Source of the DNA: the human T2T-CHM13v2.0 reference genome, Homo sapiens
Reading direction: 5' to 3' (one strand)
Assembly: GCF_009914755.1 (NCBI RefSeq)
Contig: NC_060938.1
DNA length: 64,000 bases
In this document: positions 35,601 through 45,348 of the stretch, in pieces
Layout: every line of letters begins with the position of its first letter
Numbering within the stretch: position 1 is the first letter of the stretch
Made by a program: the position numbers and the translations under genes
The notes under the pieces: model-generated
What the model was told of the DNA's origin: nothing
Databases searched by the model: none
Seen by the model: the letters and a program-made list of their open reading frames with translations, nothing else

Positions 35601-38600
35601 GGTGGCCATCAGGTCCCAGATCTATATCCACTCCCCACCTGAAAATCAGGATCCATGTGGATACCCATGTCCTAGGTGAACACCAGGTTCCAAATGAACA
35701 TCAGGCTCCAAGTGAACACACAGGCCCCAGCTCAATACCAGCCTCAGGTAGACATCAGGACCTAGGTGCACCCCAGGCCCAATGTGCATGCCTAGTCTCT
35801 TGGAATACATCATTTTCAAGGTGGACACCCAGATTCCTCAAAGACATCTGGTGCCAGGTGGATATCTGGCTGCAGGTGGACATCAGGCCCCAGGTGGAGA
35901 CCCAGTACACAGGTGTAAATCAGGCTCCAGTATTTCATCAGGCCCCAGTTTAACACTTGACTAAAGGTGTGCATCAAGACCCAGGTTGACAGCCAGGCTT
36001 CAGGTGCACACTAGGCCCAAAGTGTACACCTGTGCCAAGGTGGGCATCAGGCCCAAGGTGTACACCAGACCCCAAGTGGACATCAGGTTCCAGGTTGACA
36101 CCAGTCTCTAGGTAGATCCTTAAACCCCAGTTGGTCATCAGGCCCAAGGTGGATACCTTGACCCCAGGGGGTCACCAGGTCTCAGGTCGACACTAAGCCC
36201 TAGGTTCAAGGTCTGAGATGGTTTCAGCCCCCATGTGGACTTTAGTCATAAGGAGCTTACCTAGGACCTAAGTGGACATCAGGCCCCAGGTTGACACAAT
36301 GAACCATGTAGAAGTCAGGCTGTAAGTAGACACCCAGGCCCTAGGTAAATACTTTGGTCCCAAGCCAACATCAGGCCCTATGTGGACACCCAGACTCCAG
36401 ACAGATGTCAGGCCCCAGGTGAACACTGAACTCAGGGTGGTCATCAGGCACTAGGTTGACACATAGGCCTCAGGTAGACAACAAGCACAGGTGAACTTCA
36501 GGCTCCAGATGAACGTCAGGCTCCAGGAAGAAGTCTGTGCCCCAGTTAAACACCAGGTCTTAGGTAGACATCAGGCCTCAAATGGATGCCCAGGCCCCAG
36601 GTGGATATAAGGCCTCAGGCAAACACCAGGCCCCAGGTAGACATTAGACACGAGATGGACACTCAAGCCACAAGTGAACATCTGTCCCCAGGTGGACATC
36701 CACCCAAGGTGGACATCAGGCCAGAGATGTACACCCAGGCCCCAGGAGAACCCCAGGCCCCAGGAGGACACCCAAGTGCCAGAAGGACACCCAGTCCCTA
36801 GGTAACTACAAGGCCCCAAGTGGACATGATGTTCCAGATGGATATGAGGCCCCAAGTGGATACTAGGCCCAGGTGGACCCCAGATCTCAGGGGCACACCA
36901 GGCCCCAGGGGAACACCAGGCCCTAGGTAAGCATGAAGTCCCAGGTGGACATCAGTTGCCAGGAGGACACCAGGACCCAGTTGCTCATCAAGCCACAGCT
37001 GAACACCAGTTCCCCATGAACACCAGTCCTCAGGTGGGCACCTAGTCGTCTCGTGTGTATCAGGTGCCAGGCTGACATAGGCACCAGCTGAACTCTGGGC
37101 CTCAGGTGAACATCAGATCCCAGGTTGTCACCCAGGCCCCAGGTGAACACCAGGTTTTAGGTGGACACGAGGTCCTAGGTGGATGTCTATGCTCCTGGTG
37201 AACCTCAGGCCCTAGTGGACACTCAGGCCCTTTATAGACATCTGGCTCCATGTGCACTCCCAGGGCCCAGGTAGACATGAGGCCCCAGAGGAACACCAGT
37301 CCTTAATCACCTAAGACTGAATTCCCCTAGGGCAGGAGACTGAGTATTCACCTTGGGCCTAGGAATCTACCTGAGGCCAGATGTCAATCCGGGGCCTGAT
37401 GTCTACTCAGGTTCAGCTGTCCACCTAGGGCGGGGTGTTTTTCTGGGACCCAGAGTCTACCTGAAATCTTGGTATCAACCTAGGGCCTATGTGTCCACTT
37501 GGAGTCTGATGTGCACCTGAAGCCTGAGTTTTCACGTGGGATCTGATGAGCACCTGGGGCCCAGGTTTCCATCTGAAACATCAGGTTCTAGTTATACATC
37601 TGGGCCCCAGGTATACACTAGGCACCAAAAGAACTCCAGCACCTATCTTAACATGAGGTCCTAGGTGAATGCCCAGGCCTCATGTCTACATTAGGCCTCA
37701 GGTAGACATGACTCCAGGCGGGCATCAGGCCTGATATTGGCTCTATGTCTCCACCCAAATCTCATGTTGAATTGTAATCCCCATGGGTTGAAGAATGAGC
37801 CTGGTGAATGGTGATTGAATCATGGGGGCAGACTTCCCACTTGGTGTTCTCGTGATAGAGTTCTTACGAGACATGGTTATTTGAAAGTGTGTAGCACATC
37901 CCCCTTCTGTCTCCCTCCTCCTCCCACATGGTAAAAAGGGCTTTACATCATGATTGTAAGTGTCCTGAGCCCGCCCAGTCATGCTCCCTGTTAAGCCTGA
38001 AGAACTGTGGGTCAGTTAAACCTCTTTTCCTCATAAGTTGCCCAATATCAGGTAGTTTTTTATAACAGTGTGAAAATGGACTAATACAAGGACTTAGGAT
38101 AACAACCATGCTTCAGGCCATAGGTGGACATCTGGCTGCAACTGGACACTATTCCCCAGGTGGATACCTAGGCTCAAGGTTGACATTAGTCCCCAGGTAA
38201 ACAACAAGCCCCAGGTGAATATCTATGCCCTAGTAGACATCAGGCCTCAGGCTGACACTCAGTCTAACCTCAACATTAGGCTCCAGGTGGACGCCCAGAC
38301 TGCAGGTGGATACTAGACCCCAGGGGTACACCAGACTCCTGGTAGGCATAAGACCCCAGGAGGACACTAGAATCCAGGTGTACATAAAGCCACTGGTTGA
38401 CACCAAGCCCTCAGATGAACATCAGGCCAACTAGTGGATGTTAGGCACATGAGAATACTTGGGCACCAGGTAGGTATCAGGCCCCAGGTAAACATCAAAC
38501 TTCAGGTGGACATCATTCTCCATGTGAACTCTAGCCCCAGCTAAACATCAGGCTCCAGGTGGAAGCCCAGACCCCAGGAGCACTTCTGACCACAGTTGAA

Positions 38601-41600
38601 CATCTGTCTCCAGGTGAATATCAGACCATGGATGGATAGCAAGTCCCCAGGTGGACATCAGGTCAAAAGTGAATATAAGTCTCTAGGAAGACATCTGACC
38701 CCAGGTGGATACTGAACTAGAGGTTTACATCAGGCCCTAGGTTGACAGCAAGGCCCAGGTAGACAGCAGGCCCCAAGCGAAGACCAGGCCCAGGTGGATA
38801 CTGAACTAGAGGTTTACATCAGACCCCAGATTGACATTCAGTCCCCAGGTGGTCATGACACCTCAATTGGACACCAAGTCCGTAGGTGTCCCAGGTGTAC
38901 ACCAGGTCAAAGATGAACACAAGACCTAAGTTTGACACTGAAGCCCCAAGTGGACATGAGGCCCTAGGTGAATAATATGACCCAGGGGATCATTAGGACC
39001 CAGCTTCATACCAGTCCCCAGGTTTACACGAGGCCCCCAGTAGGTTCCTAAATTCTAGTTGGACATGAGGTCTCTAGTAGACACCCAGGAGTAAGGTGGA
39101 CATCAAGCATCAGATGGACGTCTGGCCGTGGATGAACATCAAGCCTCACATGGATACCTAGTCCGCAGGTAGACATCAGGCCCCAGTTTGACATCAGTTT
39201 CTGGATGGATCCCCAAGCCCCAGGTGGATATCCAGTGTCCAGCTGAACATCAGCCCCTCGTGGACGCCCAGTCCCCAGGTGAATATCAGGTCTAAGGTGA
39301 ACACAAGTCCCCAGGCAGACATCAGACACCAGGTGTACACTCAGACCCCAAGAGGACATCTGTCCCCAGGTTGACATCACTCTCAAGGTGTACATTAGGC
39401 AACAGATATACACCCAGGTCCAAGGCAGACACGAGTCCCTAGTAAAACTCAAGGCCCCAGGAGGATACTCAAGCCCTAGGTGGATGCCCAGAACCCAGGT
39501 AATTACAAGGCCCCAGGTGGATATCAGATTCCAGATGAACATTAGGCCCCAAGTGGATACCTAGGCACCAGGTAGACACCAGGCCCCAGGTGCATCCCCC
39601 AGTCTCAGGTGCACACTAGGCCCCCAGTGAACACTGGCTCCAGGTGAGCACCCAGTCCAAGGTAGACACCGTGACCCAGGTGGTCATTAGGCCACAGCTG
39701 AACACCAATCTTGAGTGAACACCAGATCCCAGGTGGGTACCTAGTCTCCAGGTGGATATTGGGCCCCAAGTGGACACCCAGCCCCCAGGTGAACATCAAG
39801 CTTCAGGTGGACATCATGCCTCAGGTGAACTCCAGGTCCCAGCCCAGCTGAACATCAGGCTGCAGGTGGATGCCTAGGTTCCAGGTGCACAACAGGTCAC
39901 AGTTGGACATTCAGCCCCAGGTGAACATCAGGCCATGGGTGGATAAACAGTCCACAGGTGGACATCAGGTCAAAGGTGAACATCAGTACTCAGGTGGACA
40001 TCGGGCTCCAGGTTGACATTAAGCCCAAGGTGGATAGTGAACTAGAGGTTTACATCAGGCCCCAGGTTGACACCCAGGCTCAGGTGGACATTGGGCCCCA
40101 GGTGGATACCTAGGCCCCTAGTAAACCTCAGATTCTAGGTTGACATTCAGGCCCCCAGTAGTCATTTGGACCCATGTGGACACTCAGGTGCCAGGTTCAC
40201 ATGATGTCTTAACTGGACACCAAGGGGCCAGTTTGATACCCAATCCTATGTGGGTGCCAGGTCCAAGGTTACACTCAAGCCCCAAGTGGACACCAGGCCC
40301 TAGGTGAATAATACAACCCAGGTGGTCATTAGGCCCCAGAATGACACCAGTCCCCAGGTTAACAGGAAGCCCCCAGTGGGTACCTAGGCCCCAGCTGGAC
40401 ATCAGGCCTAATGTGGACAAACAGGATCAAGATGGACATCAGGACTCAGGTGGACATCTGGTGACAGGTGGACAACAAGCCTGATGTGTACCTTGTCCCC
40501 GGGTGGTCATCAGGCCCCAGTTCAACACCAGTCCCTGGGTGGATTCCTCGGCTCCAGGTGGACATCCTGTCTTCAGCTGAACATCAGACCCCAGGTGAAC
40601 ACCAGGTCTTAGGTGGACATTAGGCCCCTGGTGGACATAAAGTACCAGTGGACATCCATGCTGCAGGTGGACACCCAGGACCCAGATGGGCATCAGGCCC
40701 CATTTGGACATTGAGGCCCCAGGTGGATATCAGGCCTCAGGTGAACCCAAGGTCCAACATAGACATCAGGCCTTAGGTTGACACTCAAGCACCAGATGGA
40801 CTGCTGCACCTAAGCAGAAAACAGACCCTTATCTGGATATCTAAGATACATGTATACAACAAGCCCCAGGCTGACATCCAGACCCCAGGTGGACACCATA
40901 CCCCAGGTGAACAGCAGGCAACAGTTTGGCACCAAGTACCTAAGTGAAACAAAGCCTTAGGTGATTACCAGGCCATAGTTAGTCATTAGTCTCCAGCTGG
41001 ACAATAGTCCCTAGGTGGATACCCAGGCCCCAGGTGGACACTAGACCCCTGATTAACACAAAAACCAAGTGAAAAATCAAGCCCCAAGTGGACAACCAGG
41101 CCCTAGGTAAATACACAAATCTCAAGCTGACACCAGGCCCTATTTGGACACCCAAGCCCTAAGTGGACTTCGGACCCCAGGTGAACACTGAACTCTAGAA
41201 GGTATTCAGGCCCTGTGTTTGACTACCTGGCCCCAGGGAGACACCAGGCATAGACGAACTTCAGGCACCAGCTGTACATCAGGTTCCAGGCAAATGTCCA
41301 GGCCCCAGGTGGATATCACACCTCAGATGAACACCAGGCCCCAGGTAGACATCAAAAACCAGGTGGACACTCAGGCCCCTACTGAATATCCGTCCCCAGG
41401 TGGACATCTGTCCCAAGGTGGACATGAGGCCACAGATGTACACTTAAGCCTAAGGCAGACCCCAGTCCCCAGGAAAACTCCAGGCTCCATGAGGGCACTC
41501 AGACCCCAGATGGATGGACTGGTCCTAGGTAAATACAAGGCCCCAGTGAACACTGGAGCCCAGGTGGGTACCTAGTCCCCAGGTGTGCAACAAGCAGAAG

Positions 41601-41927
41601 GTTGACCCAGTCCCTAGCTGAACTCTGGGCCCCAGCTGAACATCATAACCCAGATGGTCACCCAGGCTCCAGGTGAACACATGGTCTTAGGTGGACATCA
41701 GGCCCCACATGAACACCCAAGCCCCAGGTAGAGATCGGGCCTTAGGTGTACACCAGACCTCAGGTGGGCATCTGGCTCCAGATGGCCATAGGTGGATAAC
41801 TAAGCCTCTCCTGGATATCAGGCCCCAGGTGGGCACCAGGCTCCAGGCGAACATCTAGCCCCAGGGGGACATCCAGCCCCTGGTGGACATCAGGGCTCAC
41901 ATGGATAAGTAGTTTACAGATGGACAC
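32690..41927. repeat. degenerate 18/19-bp GC-rich minisatellite array (consensus about ccccaggtggacatcagg), about 9.2 kb
   Basis: continuous repeats of gtccacctggggcctgat or its reverse complement; ORFs show PQVDIR / GPDVHL hexapeptide periodicity. Confidence 0.95.
37732..38088 (+). mobile_element. MSTA/THE1D-type solo LTR inserted in the minisatellite
   Basis: tgatat...ccacccaaatctcatgttgaattgtaatcccc...ggactaataca; near-TSD aggcc/aggac. Confidence 0.9.
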
Positions 41928-44863
41928 CTGCCACAGGTGCCTCACCTCTACTCCCTGAAACCTCACTTCCCCTCATGGGCCTTCTGTTCGACTTGGGGTA
42001 CCCCTAGCCGCCTTAGGTGCACACTGGACTCGAACCAGGGACGCCAGGGTCCCTGGGGCTCAACGCAAGGGTTCATGGGAATACACTTTTGTCCGTGGGG
42101 GACCCAGTCCCCGCTTCTCCGTGGCACAGTTTTTTTTCTCTGCCCCAGGTGCCTCACCTTTCCCTCATGGGCCTTCTGTCCACCTTGTGGTACCCCGGCG
42201 GCCCGAGGCGCACCCTGGGCTCGAACCAGGGATGCCAGGGTCCCCAGGGCACAGCGCAAGGGCTGATGGGGAGACACTTTCACCCGTGGGGGACCCAGGC
42301 CCCGCTTCTCCGCAGTGCTGTGTGTTTTTTTTTTTTCTCTGCCCCAGGTGACTCACCTTCCCCTCATGCGCCTTCTGCCCGCTTTGGGTTACCCCTAGCA
42401 GGCCAGAGGCGCACCCTGGATTCGAGCCAGGGACGACAGGGTCCCCGGGGCCCAGCACAAGGGCAGATGAGAAGGCACTTTCGTCCTTGGGGGACCCAGG
42501 CCCTGCTTCTCTGTGGCGCGGTTTTTTTTTTTTTCTTTTATGCCACAGGTGCCATACCTCTCCTCCCTCAAACCTCACCTTCCCCTTATAGGCTTTCTGC
42601 CCACCATGGGGTACCCCAAGAGGCCCGAAGCGCACCCTGGTTTGAACCAGGGATGCCAGGGTCCCGTGGGCCCAGCTCAGGGGCTGATGGGAAGACACTT
42701 TCTTCCGTGGGGGACCCAGGCCCCGCTTCTCCGCGGCATAGTTTTTTTTTTCTCTGCCTCAGGTGCCTCACCTACCCCTCATGGGCCTTCTGCCCGCTTC
42801 TGGGTACCCCTAGCGGGCCCAAGGCGCACCCTGGTCTCGAACCAGGGTCACCAGTGTCCGCGAGGTCCAGCGCAAGGCCTGATGGGAAGGCACTTTCGTA
42901 AGTGGGGGACCCAGGCCCAGCTTCACTGCGGCGCGGTTTTTTTTTTTTTTCTGCCACAGGTGCCTCACCTTCCCCTCATGGGCTTTCTGTCCGCCTTGGG
43001 GTACCCCCAGCGGCCCGAGGCGCACCCTGGGCTCGAACCAGGGATGCCAGGGTCCCTGGGGCCTAGCACCGGGTCTGATGGGAAGGCACTTTCTTTCGTG
43101 GGGAACCCAGGCCTCCCTTCTCCGTGGCGAGGTTTTTTCCTTTTTTCTCCGCCCCAGGTGCCTCACCTTCCCCTCATGGGCTTCTGCCCACTTTGGGGTA
43201 CGGCTAGCGGCCCGAGGCGCACACTGGGTTCGAACCAGGGTCGCCAGGGTGCACGGGGCCAAGCGCAGGGGCTAATGGTAAAGCACTTTCGTCAATGGGG
43301 GACCCAGGCCCCCCTTCTCCGTGGCGCGTTTTTTTTTTCTGCCACAGGTGCCTCACCTCTGCTCCCTCAAACCTCACCTTTGCCTCATGGGCCTTCTGCC
43401 CGCCTTGGGGTACCCCTAGCGGCCCAAGGCGAACCATGAGGTCGAACCAGGGACGCCAGGGTTCCCGGGGCCCAGTGCAAGGGCTGATAGGAAGACACTT
43501 TCGTCCGTGGGGGACCCAGGCACCGCTTCTCCGCGGCGCAGTTTTTTTTTTCTTTTGGCTTCCCCAGGTACCTCACCTTCCCCTCATGAGCCATCTGCCT
43601 GCTTTGGGGTACCCCTAGTGGACCGAGGCGCACCCTCGGCTCGAATCAGGGTCGTCAGGGTCCCCGGGGCGCAGCGCAAGGGCTGATGGGAAGACACTTT
43701 CGTCCGTGCCGGACCCAAGCCCCGCTTCTCCGCGGTGCGGTTTTTTTTTTTTTTTTTTTCCTGCCACAGGTGCCTCACCTCTCCTCCCTCAAACCTCAAC
43801 TTCCCCTCATGGGCTTTCTGCCCGCCTTGGGGTACCCCTAACCGCCCGAGGCGCACCCTGGGTTTGAGCCAAGGTCGCCAGGGTCCACGGGGCTCAGCGC
43901 AGGGCCTGATGGGAAGGCACTTTCGTCCGTGGGGGACCCATGCCCTGCTTCTCCGTGGCGCGTTTTTTTTTTTTCTGCCACAGGTGCCTCACCGCTCCTC
44001 CCTCAAACCTCACCTTCCCCTCATGGGCCTTCTGTCTGCCTTGGGGTACACCTAGTGGCCAGACGCACACCCTGGGTTCGAAACTGGGACACCAGGGTCC
44101 CCGGGGCCCAGCGCAAGGGCTGATGCGAAGACACTTTCTTCCTCGGGGACCCAGGCTCTGCTTCTCTGCGACGTTTTTGTTTTTGTTTTTGTTTTTTTCG
44201 CTTTTCCCCAGGTGCCTCACCTTCCCCTCATGGGCTTTCTGCCCGCCTTGAGGTACCACTAGCGGGTCCAAAGGGCACCCTGGTTTCGAGCCAGGGATGC
44301 TAGGGTCTCCGGGGCCCAGTTCAGGGCTGATGGGTAGGGACGTTCGTCTGTGGGGGACCCAGGCCCCACTTCTGGGCGGCGCAGTTTTTTTATTTTTTTC
44401 TCTGCCCCAGGTGTCTCACCTTTCCCTCATGGGCCTTCTGTCTGCCTTGGGGTACCCCTAGCAGGCCGAGGCGCACGCTGGGCTCGAGCCAGGGATACCA
44501 GGGTCCCTGGGGCGCAACGCAAGCGCTGATGTGAGGACAGTTTCTTCTGTGGGGGAGCCAGGCCCCGCTTATACGCGGCGCGGTTGTTTTTTTTTTTTTC
44601 TCTGCCCCAGGTGCATCACCTTCACCTCATGGGCCTTCTGCCCGCTTTTGGGTACCCCTAGCGGCCTGAAGCGCACCCTGGTCTCGAACCAGGAATGCCA
44701 GGGTCACCTGGGCCCAGCGCAAGGGCTAATGGGAAGACACTTTTGTCCGTTGGGGACCCAGGCTCTGCTTCTCCGTGGTGCGGTTTTTTTTTTTTCTGCC
44801 ACAGGTGCCTCACCTCGCCTTCCTCAAACCTCAACTGCCCCTCATGGGATTTCTGCTCGCTTG

Positions 44864-45348
44864 TCTTCCGAGGCTGTGGTGTGGATCTCGCACTGCGGCC
44901 GCCTCGCCTTGGCTGGGGAGAACCTCGGTGGGTAGGATTCAGAGGGGCTTTTGCTTTCCCGTTTTCCACACTGAACCCCTCTAACTGGTCTCTGACCCTG
45001 ATTATTCAGGGCTGCAAACAGGAAGGATTTTATTCACCATCGATGCGGCTCTGAGTAGTCCCAAAGCGAGGCAGTGCCCCCAAGGTCTGTGCTGAGAACG
45101 CTGCTCTGCCTTCGCGGTGTCCCCCGGGTGTGTGCTGAGCAGAACGCAGCTCCGCCCTCGCGGTGCCCCTGGCCCGCCCGCCCGGGTCTGTGCTGAGGAG
45201 CACATGATCCGCTTTGCTGTATCTCCGAAGTCTGTGCAGAGGAGAACTCACCTCCGCCCTGGCAATGCTCTCCGGGTCTGTGCTGAGGAGAAGGCAGCTC
45301 CGCCCTCGCAAAGGCACGCGGCGCCTGCGCAGGCGCAGAGAGGCGCAC
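44864..45348. repeat. interstitial TAR1 (telomere-associated repeat) fragment with 37-bp-type units and one 29-bp unit
   Basis: about 5 copies of gggtctgtgctgaggagaacgcagctccgccctcgc variants, then gcgcctgcgcaggcgcagagaggcgc, as found next to human telomeres. Confidence 0.92.
45326..45337. promoter_or_regulatory. NRF1-type motif TGCGCAGGCGCA in the TAR1 29-bp unit
   Basis: exact match to the NRF1 consensus; occupancy unknown. Confidence 0.5.

Noticed and set aside
32679-41575. ORFs with PQVDIR / GPDVHL hexapeptide repeats suggesting a repeat protein
   Set aside because: Artefact of 18-bp periodicity; 19-bp units and stops break all frames and orientation flips
32690-41927. CTCF site array (ggccccaggtggac resembles ccaccaggtggc)
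   Set aside because: Spacing is one base off and the GGC end is missing; not supportable without a PWM scan
42017-44969. Long ORFs (up to 308 aa) with repeated FFFF/WGTQ motifs
   Set aside because: Products of the GC-rich ~200-bp satellite; present in several frames on both strands and shifted by T-run length
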